Origin: Octopus bimaculoides
Taxonomy: Eukaryota
Reading direction: 5' to 3'
Assembly (NCBI RefSeq): GCF_001194135.2
Contig: NC_068982.1
Span: 189,561,596-189,599,830 of the forward strand
Length of the DNA: 38,235 nucleotides
Shown here: positions 13,408 through 24,419 of the stretch, piece by piece
How the letters are laid out: every line of letters starts with the position of its first letter
Position numbering within the stretch: the first letter of the stretch is position 1
Translations under genes and position numbers: made by a program
Notes under the pieces: generated by a model
The model's input: only the letters and a program-made list of their open reading frames with translations
What the model was told of the DNA's origin: nothing
Database searches by the model: none

Positions 13408-13618
13408 CACGGTGGACCAAAAGTAGGCTTACAGTTATTCATCTATCTCTTTCGCATTCATATATTAACAGTTTAGATCTTAATTATAAAAAAAATATGA
13501 AACCATTATTTTATGCTAATTTAATTAATTGTAAGATAGAAATTTAAATGTAATAATGTTTTAAAATAAATTTCAAGTGCCTACGTGATAACTGTGAACC
13601 TACCGTTGGGCAACCCTG
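13408..13618. mobile_element. Tc1/mariner-type MITE (211 bp)
   Basis: Imperfect 31-bp TIRs (CACGGTGGACCAAAAGTAGGCTTACAGTTAT vs CAGGGTTGCCCAACGGTAGGTTCACAGTTAT, 24/31), TA on both flanks (13406-13407 and 13619-13620), AT-rich interior. Confidence 0.75.
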
Positions 13619-13659
13619 TATATATACATACACGAATATATAAGCAGACATATGTCTGT

Positions 13660-13800
13660 ATGACATGCTTGCGTACAGTTTCCATCTACCAGATTCACTC
13701 AGAAGCCATTAGTCGACCTGGGCCTATTGTAAAAGCACTTGCACATGTTGCCGTGTAGTAGGACTGAACTCGGACTTTCCTAACTACACAGCAATGCCTG
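13660..13800 (-). mobile_element. SINE family A, degenerate 5' portion
   Basis: CAGTTTCCATCTACCAGATTCACTC...GCACTTGCACATGTTGCCGTGTAGTAGGACTGAAC is the reverse complement of the family A body. Confidence 0.7.
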
Positions 13801-13818
13801 AGCCTAAAATATAACAAT

Positions 13819-13890
13819 TTCCTATGTCGGGAATCGAACCCGGGATGCCTTGGAGAAAGCTAGAAATCCTAACGCTTAGATCTCATAGGA
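13819..13890 (-). pseudogene. tRNA-Glu(TTC)-like sequence, probably a pseudogene
   Basis: Minus strand TCCTATG AG ATCTAAGCGTTAGGAT T TCTAG CTTTCTC CAAGG CATC CCGGG TTCGATT CCCGA CATAGGA A. Perfect 7-bp acceptor stem, B box GGTTCGATTCC, anticodon TTC. Mismatches in the anticodon and T stems, and a pyrimidine at position 37. Confidence 0.7.
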
Positions 13891-14518
13891 AACGGTCTGG
13901 TGTTTTATTCTCGATGCTACCTTCACAGCTTATACATGTAGTGAGTCAGGTGACCAGAGGCTGTTTTCCTGACAATGTCTACTCTTTGGCGTTTCATCTT
14001 CTCCATTTGATGATAAACAGGAATGGAATAACAATGAATGGTTGAATGTTGGAGAACAAGGTCAATAGATGAAGACTGTCCAGTGTTTCGCAGAAGATAG
14101 GATATTTATGTGAAACTAATGCAGCTACTAACGAATGTTTTAGTAAATGATTTCCGTTTAATATAATACGGCAGTAAATTTAGCTAGAGATGTTTGTTTA
14201 AATAAGTAGATTGTTAAATCATAAAGTTTCTTCTTTGTGTGTGTGTGTGTGTGTATGTGTGTTTATCTTAGAAGCTTGTTAACTGACGGCATTTAGAAAA
14301 GTTTGTACAGCTAATGAAATTTACTTAGCAAGATAGGTTTGCTTAACGAAAGAATTTGTTTAGAGAGTGAAGTTTATTTAGTAAGGAAATCCGTTTCAGA
14401 TTTATTTTCCTTGCTTTTTTCCTTCTAGTTTTAGCAAGTTTAGTTAGTTAATCGGACAAAAGCATAAATGAAATAGAGAATAAAGCTATTTATGGAAGAG
14501 TATTTTTGTTAAAATTTC

Positions 14519-14755
14519 CAGGTATGGCTGTCTTGTAAAGAAGATCGCTTTACAACCACATGGTTCCGGGTTCAGTCCCACTGTGTGGCACCTTGGGCGA
14601 GTGTCTTCCACTACAGCCTTGGGCAGACCAAACCTTGTGAGTGGATTTGGTAGACAGAAACTCTGTGTGTGTGTGTTTGTGTCTATGTTGTTCCCCCCAT
14701 CGCTTTATAACCGGCGCTGGTGTGTTTACGGCCCCTAAGTTTGCGATTCGGTAGA
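14519..14755 (+). mobile_element. SINE family A, 5' portion
   Basis: CAACCACATGGTTCCGGGTTCAGTCCCACTGTGTGGCACCTTGGGCGAGTGTC...GTGAGTGGATTTGGTAGACAGAAAC, then TG repeat and the start of the tail. Confidence 0.8.
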
Positions 14756-14812
14756 GTGATTGAACCCGGAACCATGTGGTTGGGAAGCAAACTTCTTACC
14801 ACACAGTCACAC
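14756..14812 (-). mobile_element. SINE family A head fragment, inverted relative to 14519-14755
   Basis: TGAACCCGGAACCATGTGGTTG (14761-14782) is the exact reverse complement of 14553-14574. Confidence 0.8.
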
Positions 14813-15094
14813 TTTGTTTTGTTTGTGTTTTTTCTCTCGGTACTTGCATATTTGAAGCTTTAATTAATAACTTGGATATGAATGCACTCCACAACGTTGA
14901 CATGCCTTTCCTACATTGTACAGAGATAAAGTTGTCAGCAATAGGAGCAGGAACCATAAAAATTCCATGCTGCATTTGTGTGGTGCCGTGGTCAGTTCTC
15001 AACTTCCCCTCACACTCTCATAATATCCTGTCATTTCTTTCAAAACCCTTCAGTTGATATCTAGGAAATCTTGTCTCTTCAGTCATCTTTTGTC

Positions 15095-15197
15095 AAAAAT
15101 AAGTACTGGGGTCGATTCATTCGAATAAAAGTTCTTTAAGGTGATGCCCTAGCATGGCCGCAATCTAATGACTGAATCAAGTAAAAGATAAAAAAAT
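15095..15197 (+). mobile_element. SINE family A tail
   Basis: AAATAAGTACTGGGGTCGATTCATTCGAATAAAAG...GCCCTAGCATGGCCGCAATCTAATGACTGAATCAAGTAAAAGATAAAA. Confidence 0.75.
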
Positions 15198-16091
15198 CAG
15201 CTGTGTATCGAACACGAATCTGCAATTACTGGAAAAATTTAATTATATACATATCTGTGATAAAAAAATTTGATAAACAAAAGTATATATTTGTTCTCTA
15301 CATCCGTTTCACCGTTGTTGTTCTTTGCAACATCAGCGTTACATGAGCGAAATGCAATTGGATGCTGAACCACAACAGATCATCAGGCGAACTCATGACT
15401 GCGTTATGTTACACGGATCATATTTTCTCCTACATCGACTCCGTGTATTATATCCAGAATTACTATTAGGTAGAATAGTAACCAAACCATTATACTGGAA
15501 GCAGAGAGAAAGATGATAAACTACGTGGAGCTCTAAACTCAACAATAACAGTCGTATATCAAACTGTACACACACAATTTGCGATTAATAAATCTCTTCA
15601 AACATTACCACAGAGAATCAAAATGGCTAACCCACATTATTTATCATTTTAACTTTTTTTTTAAAATTAAATTTTACTATCTACGTATAGCGTGTTGTTA
15701 TGAATGGAGACCACTTTTTATGTTCAACTCTCGCTCCCCGACATTCCACTTTTCGTTTCTATTGAAATTGAATTTACCCCTTCGCCAGTTGATAACATGG
15801 CTTTTTTTTTCCCTCTATTGCTCCGCTTCGATTCTCTCTCTCCTCTACCATATCGATATCCCATTAATTTTTCAATTTCATTTTATGCGCCATTTTCTTC
15901 GTTTTATTTCTATATCTCCTTTTTATTATTTATTTATCTTTATATTCTATTTTTGTCCGATAACGTTATAACTTTTCTTCCTCTTTCTTTTCTTTAAAAA
16001 AAATTTCTCGTCATTTACGCTTTCTTTCTTTCTTTCATTCTTTCTGCACACATGTATATATATATACATATATCTATACATATATCTATAC

Positions 16092-16181
<90 letters not shown>

Positions 16182-16215
16182 ATATATATATGTATATATG
16201 TATGTGTGCGCATAT

Positions 16216-16257
<42 letters not shown>

Positions 16258-16412
16258 CATCGACTGCGCATATTCGATGTATGTGCTTTGTTGTTCACCG
16301 GTACATTGCGGTGTAATAGTTTGGGAACGACTCCCAGATCTATTCCATCTCAATCACAAATTTTTTTATTAATTTTTTTTTTAACTAAACAGTTTGAAAC
16401 TTCGAATACTGG

Positions 16413-16489
<77 letters not shown>

Positions 16490-16966
16490 TAATCATGTCT
16501 AGATATGTAACTATACGCATGAGAATACACACATAAAGGAAAACATACAAATCTGCACATATACATACATACATACATACGTACGTACATATGTCATACA
16601 CATACAGAGGATGACTACGGACAATTGCCTCGAAACGTCCAGCTTCTATATCCAGATTACGAATTTATATTTATACCACTAATTATTGGAGCACTTGGTT
16701 TTGTAAGTAAATGCTTATCTGTCAGTCTGGATAAACTTGGATTTTGAGAAAAGAAACTAACCAACTGATTCGCATATTACAAATGCAATCTGTAAGTGGA
16801 ACATTAAATATATGCAAGATTTTTCCCAAGTTTAAAATGTGATATTGTTTTTGCCATCTACATTTCAACGATAGAGCTTGGAAACTTTGTTACAAACCAG
16901 TTCCTTTCTCAGAGAAATAATTTAACTAACTGAAAGCAGAAGAGAACATACATGCATACGTGTGTG

Positions 16967-17017
<51 letters not shown>

Positions 17018-17732
17018 CCATATACACACGCATATTTATATATAATTCTATAAATAATTTTAAGAAGTTTAAATAAAATAACAAGATAAACCAATTTTCT
17101 CACCATTGTTAGCAAAATGATAATTCTTAACGATTCTTTAGAATAATTCTTTGAACAAAAGCAGTAGAACAAAAAGAACAAAAACGAGCTATAAAAATAA
17201 AACAAACGAAATAATCAACAGAAACAACAATAACATCGACAGCAACAACAGCAAACAGAAGCATTAATCGTCAGGAGTGGTCTGGTGGCATTTGTTAACT
17301 CTGTGAAGTTTCTAGTAATCTTTAGACGTTCAATGAACAAATTAAAGCATTATATTTTATTGTATAGTTGTCTGTGTTTTTTATTTATTTGTTTGTGTAT
17401 GTGTCTAAGGTGGCGGGGGCGTAGGGTGGTGGCGATGGGGGTGTTGCAATTAGACAAATGGAAGAATTGCAAGAAATATCTGACATATTGGCAACGCTAA
17501 TAACCATGACATTTTCCATGTGATTTTTAGAATAAGTGTGCAGTGAAGCGACGCACTGCTGCAAAGAGTCGCCATGTTGGTGTTGTTTTAACTTCAGATT
17601 GTAAGCAAGTTCATTGACGCCAGAGGGAACCACTATAATATGGTTATCATCGCGTCTGTTAGAAATAGCAACTAAATCTCTCCTCACTTTGTAACTTAAC
17701 CTCTTCGTTGAGAATATTTATCCTACAGAAAT

Positions 17733-17930
17733 GCGGTGAGCAAATAGAAACTTTAGCATGCCGAGCAAAAGTCTTAGTGGCATTTCATCCGTCTTGACGT
17801 TCGGAGTTCAAATTCTGTCGAAGTCGACTTTGTCTTTCAGGGATCGATAAAATAGGTACCAGTTGAACACTGGAGTCAATGTAATTGGTTTACTCCTCCC
17901 CCGGAGTTGCTGGCCTTGTGCCAAAATTTG
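17733..17930 (+). mobile_element. SINE family B copy (degenerate)
   Basis: TTAGCATGCCGAGCAAAAG...ACGTTCGGAGTTCAAATTC...GTCGACTTTGTCTTTC...GTACCAGTTGAACACTGGAGTC...GGCCTTGTGCC. Confidence 0.75.
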
Positions 17931-18144
17931 GCACCCCTATAATTCTACAGAGGTACCAAAAAAAATTCTTTGTAATGATATACTCCTAGATCTGACAGAA
18001 AATGGGATAGCCATAGAGGTCTACTTGATTATTACCAACCTAGGGTTAAATAGCAGCTAACCGCAACAACAATAACAATAACAGACTTTCTCCTATTTTT
18101 TGTTACTTAATATATATTTTCTAAACAGAATTTTTAGCACCAGG

Positions 18145-18278
18145 ACAGACCTGCTTGTGCAAAATCAGACTTAAAAATGTTAAGTATTGGGTCGATTATT
18201 TCAACTAAAAGCCTTCATGCCAGTGCCCCAGTATGGCCGCAGTCCAGTGACTGAAATAAGTAAAAGATAATAGATAAA
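18145..18278 (+). mobile_element. SINE family A tail
   Basis: AAGTATTGGGTCGATTATTTCAACTAAAAG...GTGCCCCAGTATGGCCGCAGTCCAGTGACTGAAATAAGTAAAAGATAA. Confidence 0.7.
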
Positions 18279-18503
18279 AACATAAATATATTTGTGTGTG
18301 TGTGTGTCCTTGTAGATGCACACAATCAAAGAAATTTTAAGAATCTCTGATGTCGAATCTTGGCAATGTCTTACATATTTTTACTGTACCACTAATAAAT
18401 TGGATTTGAACGACGCGTGTTAGTTTCTTTTGCACTTTCTTAGAAACTCCTAGCATTTCTAGCTATTTATGTGTCCATGTATTTCTATATATACACACAT
18501 ACA

Positions 18504-18542
<39 letters not shown>

Positions 18543-18759
18543 ATGTGCGGACAATTGACATGAGTTAAAATAATAAAATAAGAACAGTAATAAACGAGTG
18601 AAGAAATAAAAAATACAGTGCGTGTATTTATTTGGCCAAAAAATGACCATCCTGAAATACAACAATATCTGTTTCAAGTCACGATTTCACATCAGGAATC
18701 TTGCAAAACGAATATGTATATACATACATACATATATATATATTTATATGTGTGTGTGT

Positions 18760-18802
<43 letters not shown>

Positions 18803-18812
18803 NNNNNNNNNN

Positions 18813-18920
18813 TCTCTTCCTTTATCTCTCTCTCTTCCTTTATCTCTCTCTCTTCCTTTATCTCTCTCTCTTCCTTTATCTCTCTCTCTTCCTTTATCTC
18901 TCTCTCTTCCTTTATCTCTC
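18813..18920. repeat. 18-bp minisatellite (TCTCTTCCTTTATCTCTC) x6
   Basis: Direct inspection; explains the LPLSLS repeats in the ORF track. Confidence 0.9.
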
Positions 18921-19625
18921 TTCCTCGCTACCTATCTTCTTTCCTCCTCCTCCTCTCTCTCTCTCTTTACCGATTTCTCTTTATCTCTCTCACTTTTCTC
19001 CTCTCTTCACCTTCTTTTCCTGATATTTTCTGCTTCTCATCTAATACCTTATCTTTCTGTATATCTGCTTATATTACATGTCCATCCGTCCGTCCGTCTG
19101 TCCTGTCTGTCTGTCTGTCTGGCTGGCTGTCACACCGCTACCTTTGAACAATTGTATTTACGACTGATGAATGTGCTTCGTTTTACAAACAAAATTGATT
19201 AATAGCGAAAGTAACAACAACAACAACAACAACAGCAGCAACAATAATAATAATAATGACCATGATGATGATGCTGATGATAGCGATGCTGATGATGATG
19301 ACTTTTTATTGACTGCAGAAGGTTTACATTAAGAAAATATATGAAGGACGGTACAGGACAAAATATTGAGACCTGCTAACTAAAAAGGCATGCACTAGCG
19401 TAATAATAATAATAAAAGATGTCGAAATATTGTTCACTAGATAAAAAATGGCACTCTTCGTTTAATTTTGTCTCTATATCTTCAAGAGGAGTTACCTCAA
19501 TCCTTTCTATACTAACCAAAATGAAGTAGATTGACAAATTTAGTTTTTGAACCAGTTCAAGTCACGCGAGATGTCGAAATATTGTTCACTAGATAACAAA
19601 TGGCACTCTATTATTATTATTATTA

Positions 19626-19661
<36 letters not shown>

Positions 19662-19689
19662 ATTTGAAATTTTTGCCACAAAGGCAGTT

Positions 19690-19850
19690 TGTGGGAGGAG
19701 GGTTAAGTTGATTACATCGACCCCAGTGCGTAACTGGTACTAATTTTATCGACCCTGAAAGGTCGACTTTGCCTTTCATCCTTTCGGGGTCGATTAAATA
19801 AGTACCAGCTACGCACTGGGTCGATGTAATCGACTTAATCTTCTCCCACA
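19690..19850. repeat. fold-back palindrome made of two SINE family B 3' halves
   Basis: 19690-19762 is a near-perfect reverse complement of 19780-19850, with a 17-nt spacer TCGACTTTGCCTTTCAT. Confidence 0.85.
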
Positions 19851-19881
19851 AGCTGGTTTTATGGCAAACATTTGAAATCAT

Positions 19882-19886
19882 CATCA

Positions 19887-19981
<95 letters not shown>

Positions 19982-19992
19982 GTTGTTGTTGT
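19882..19992. repeat. compound trinucleotide microsatellite (TCA)n(TAT)n(TGT)n
   Basis: Direct inspection. Confidence 0.9.
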
Positions 19993-19998
19993 TAAAAA

Positions 19999-20215
19999 GG
20001 CGGCGAGCTGGCAGAAACGTTAGCACATCGGGCGAAATGCTGAGCGCTATTTCGCCCTTCGCTACGTTCTGAGTTCAAATTCCGCCGAGGTTGACTTTGC
20101 CTTTCATCCTTTCAGAGTCGATAAATTAAGTACCATTTGCATACTGGGGTCGATCTAATCGACTGGCCACATCCCCCAAAAATTCGGGCCTTGTACCTAT
20201 AGTAGAGGAAAGAAA
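19999..20215 (+). mobile_element. full-length tRNA-derived SINE, family B
   Basis: GGCGGCGAGCTGGCAGAAACGTTAGCAC (A box)...GAGTTCAAATTCC (B box)...GACTTTGCCTTTCATCCTTTCAGAGTCGATAAATTAAGTACC...GGCCTTGTACCTATAG, followed by an (ATT)n tail. Confidence 0.85.
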
Positions 20216-20529
20216 TTATTATTAATAATGATGATGATAATAATAATAATGATAATAACAACAACAACAACAACAGCAACAATAATATTAATGTGTATCT
20301 CTAACAATAATACACTTAAGACCCAAAGATCGTAGCTCGTTTTGTCATTGAATCGTCGGTGTATTTCGTACGTTTTTAGACAGCCATGAAACGGCAGAGG
20401 CGGGGGATGAGGGGTGAGGCAGGACACTGTTGTCTAGGAAACGGGACGAGTCTTGTAACTAAGTGCACACCTAGTAACGTGTGGTAAGATTGACAACGAT
20501 GAGTAAACATCACTTTCTCTCTCTCTTTC

Positions 20530-20573
<44 letters not shown>

Positions 20574-21565
20574 TCTCTTTCTCTCTCATTCTCCTTGGAA
20601 CTTCTCTTGGGTCTGTAAGATTTGAGAGTTATCTCGTCTGTTATCTCAGGTAAAATATAAACAAAAACAAATATGAAAAAATAAAAACAATAACTATGGA
20701 AATCGTTCAGAGCACAAGATNNNNNNNNNNNNNNNNNNNNNNNNNNNNNNNNNNNNNNNNNNNNNNNNNNNNNNNNNNNNNNNNNNNNNNNNNNNNNNNN
20801 NNNNNNNNNNNNNNNNNNNNNNNNNNNNNNNNNNNNNNNNNNNNNNNNNNNNNNNNNNNNNNNNNNNNNNNNNNNNNNNNNNNNNNNNNNNNNNNNNNNN
20901 NNNNNNNNNNNNNNNNNNNNNNNNNNNNNNNNNNNNNNNNNNNNNNNNNNNNNNNNNNNNNNNNNNNNNNNNNNNNNNNNNNNNNNNNNNNNNNNNNNNN
21001 NNNNNNNNNNNNNNNNNNNNNNNNNNNNNNNNNNNNNNNNNNNNNNNNNNNNNNNNNNNNNNNNNNNNNNNNNNNNNNNNNNNNNNNNNNNNNNNNNNNN
21101 NNNNNNNNNNNNNNNNNNNNNNNNNNNNNNNNNNNNNNNNNNNNNNNNNNNNNNNNNNNNNNNNNNNNNNNNNNNNNNNNNNNNNNNNNNNNNNNNNNNN
21201 NNNNNNNNNNNNNNNNNNNNNNNNNNNNNNNNNNNNNNNNNNNNNNNNNNNNNNNNNNNNNNNNNNNNNNNNNNNNNNNNNNNNNNNNNNNNNNNNNNNN
21301 NNNNNNNNNNNNNNNNNNNNNNNNNNNNNNNNNNNNNNNNNNNNNNNNNNNNNNNNNNNNNNNNNNNNNNNNNNNNNNNNNNNNNNNNNNNNNNNNNNNN
21401 NNNNNNNNNNNNNNNNNNNNNNNNNNNNNNNNNNNNNNNNNNNNNNNNNNNNNNNNNNNNNNNNNNNNNNNNNNNNNNNNNNNNNNNNNNNNNNNNNNNN
21501 NNNNNNNNNNNNNNNNNNNNNNNNNNNNNNNNNNNNNNNNNNNNNNNNNNNNNNNNNNNNNNNNN

Positions 21566-21623
<58 letters not shown>

Positions 21624-21711
21624 CGACTCATCACTACCTTCATCATCATCGCTTAACGTCCGTTTTCTATGCTGTCATAGGTTGGACGATTTCTCATGTC
21701 AACTGTTATAT

Positions 21712-21900
21712 CTTTTACTTGTTTAAGCCTTTAAACTGTGGCCATGCTGGGGCATGGCCTTGAAGAATTTTTAGTCGAACCAATCAACCTCATTACTTAT
21801 TTTTGTTAAAGACTGGTACTTATTCTATCGATCTGTTTTGCCGTGCCACTATGTTAAGGAGTCGTAAATCCGGCAACAATGGTTGTCAATGGTTGTCAAG
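21712..21900 (-). mobile_element. SINE family A tail
   Basis: CTTTTACTTGTTT...GTGGCCATGCTGGGGCATGGCCTTGAAGAATTTTTAGTCGAAC...CTGGTACTTATTCTATCGATC...GGTTGTCAAGC. Confidence 0.75.
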
Positions 21901-21944
21901 CATATGTGTTTATGTGTGTGTCTGTGCGTGCGTACATGTGTGTG

Positions 21945-21982
<38 letters not shown>

Positions 21983-23351
21983 TATTTATGGATATCAATA
22001 TATGACAGTTCAATTGATGTTATCCAGATTCTAAGGTAAAAACCTTCTTCCCGCGTTAAGAACCGATCTTTCTCAAAGCGGAGACAGCTTTGGACATGTT
22101 TGAGTGTTTGTTGTAGTTCAATAATAATTCAAAGACGTTGATTATCGATCTAATATACGACTCGATATATCACTGATAATCGCTGCATCATTTCCATTGT
22201 TGCACGTGCTTCTGTTTTGCAGCATCTACTGACGATCGCACGCATCCATTGGGACAACTGATTGAAACCATGGTTATGCGTTTCGTTTTCATAAGGTTAA
22301 CCCCCCCCCCTCTACACACACAGACAAACACACACACAGATAAACACACGCACATACAAACACATACACACGCGCTCACACGTACACACATATTCGCGCA
22401 TATACACACGCAGATATTTGCACACACATATTCATATACGCACACTCATTCATACACACAAGCTCACACACACACAAACTCGCCTCCAAAATATGGACCT
22501 TAGTCTGGTCCCTACTAAATATTTTAACATTTTCTCGGCCTTCGTTTCCCTTCTAATCTTCAAATTACATAAAACCTAGGCGTAGTCACTCTATCCTTAT
22601 GTTTTTTAGTCCAAAGAATAAAACTCAAAGAAAACTGCTTGGATTTTTCTTTGAAGTTATTTTTTTTTTTTTACCAAACACCTTGAACCACCGAGCTTTT
22701 TGTTTTGTCAGTGAAAAAGGGAGGAGGAGAACCAGAAGAAGGAGGGGGGATGAAAGGGCAGTGTTTGTGACTGTTGAATCTCATAGATCTCATATCAAAC
22801 AGATCGATGCAGCTAATGTCCAGCTCGAACTTTTCACTGGTCAGTGCTTGTATGGAAGACACGAGAAGGAAGCTGTAGGGTTTGGTTTGAATATAAGATA
22901 AACACCACCAAAGGACTCCCGACTAGAATCAGGTAATGGCGTTCAACTGAACGATAAGGTGTCAGATATATACACCACGGTATCTATGGTATCAAGCAGA
23001 CCATTAGATGCTGTTATGCACCACTAGTCACAATGCGCTTCCAATTGTATCTTGATTGCGCCATTTTTTTCCACCTTGGGCCAGTTACCTTAACCTAGCG
23101 ACGGGACGAGCATGCCAGTCTGGTTTCGAGCTATTTCTGCATCTCTTCAGTACTAGACACCTCGTCTGCTAGAAATAGCAGTAGCTTACTTCTGCTCACA
23201 ATATATATACATATATATGTATACTCAGCGAGATTCAAGCGACACACAGCTGTGCATCGTTGACGAGCTAGAAGCGATGTCCTCTTGGGGTTAGAAAATC
23301 GTAGTAGAGTCCGTTCGACGGAACAGCCATGTTGGCGTGTCTACATACATG

Positions 23352-23441
<90 letters not shown>

Positions 23442-23724
23442 CATACATAGATGGACACACACACATACACAGATACATTCAAACGTACACATACACATAC
23501 ATACGTCTACATGGTATGTGTGTGGACATCAAGTATACGACACACACACACGTGCGCCTTCAGTTGTAATCTATTCCAGGGGTCTCCAAGTAAATTTCCT
23601 CAGAGCCACACACAATCAAAGTTATTGCTTCAAAGAAAGACATCCACACAGAAAAAGAGGTCATTGCAGAGCCAGAAATATTGTTGCTGTTGCTGTCGTT
23701 GTGGTTCGGGTGACAGTACATGTG

Positions 23725-23820
23725 CTGGTGTTGGTGATGGTGGCGGCGGCGGCGGCGGCGGCGGTGTGGTGATGGCGGCGGCGGCGGTGGTGTTGCTGGA
23801 ATCTCAGTGGTGGTGGTGGG
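23725..23820. repeat. GC-rich (GGT/GGC)n trinucleotide repeat
   Basis: Direct inspection; one of the few GC-rich simple repeats in the window. Confidence 0.85.
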
Positions 23821-23982
23821 GATAACGGTGATGAAGTTTATTCTACTTTATTGTTTCTCGACGTGAAGTTATGTTAATGCGCACCGCACGCAAACATACA
23901 GATTCGCGCTCATATACACACACACATAGGCAGGCACACACATGCACCACACACTCCTTCACACACACTCGCTCGTACTAAG

Positions 23983-24020
<38 letters not shown>

Positions 24021-24419
24021 ACAAACAGACACATATACAGACACACACTGTCACAAACACACACACACTTATGCAGTAACTTAGCCAAGTATGTTTTCAC
24101 TAACCATTTTACCATCTGCTCTGAGCGACTGAGTGAGAGAGAGGGAGAGAGAAAAAGAGAGAAAGAAAGAGGGAGAGAAAGAGAGACAGAAAGAGAGAAA
24201 GAAAGAAAGAGAAATAGGGAGAGAAAGAGAGAAAAAGTGAGAGAAAGCAAGCGAGAAATAGAGAGAGAAAGAGAGAAAGAAAGAGAGAGAAATAGAGAGA
24301 GAAAGAGAGGGGTACGAGAGGGAGTACGAGGGAGCTGGGAGTTTTCAACAAGAAACAACTGATAACATCCCTCCTTGCCCCACCCCCACCCGCTATCATT
24401 GTCCCCCTATCTATCAAAT

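Noticed and set aside
16605-16639. CAGAGGATG...CTCGAAACGTC, hammerhead-like with a GAAACGTC end
   Set aside because: U4 is mutated, helix II is only 2 bp and there is no helix I pairing; too weak to report as a finding.
18813-18920. Regular 18-bp direct repeats as a CRISPR-like array
   Set aside because: No spacers, low complexity and a eukaryotic context; it is a minisatellite.
22228-22276. CTGACGA...GAAACCATGGTT with a palindromic helix III-like sequence
   Set aside because: No credible helix II or helix I; likely chance.
23640-23825. Poly-Gly/Ala/Pro ORFs resembling a transcription-factor low-complexity region
   Set aside because: A GGC/GGT trinucleotide repeat gives open frames on both strands; no flanking domain or splice evidence.
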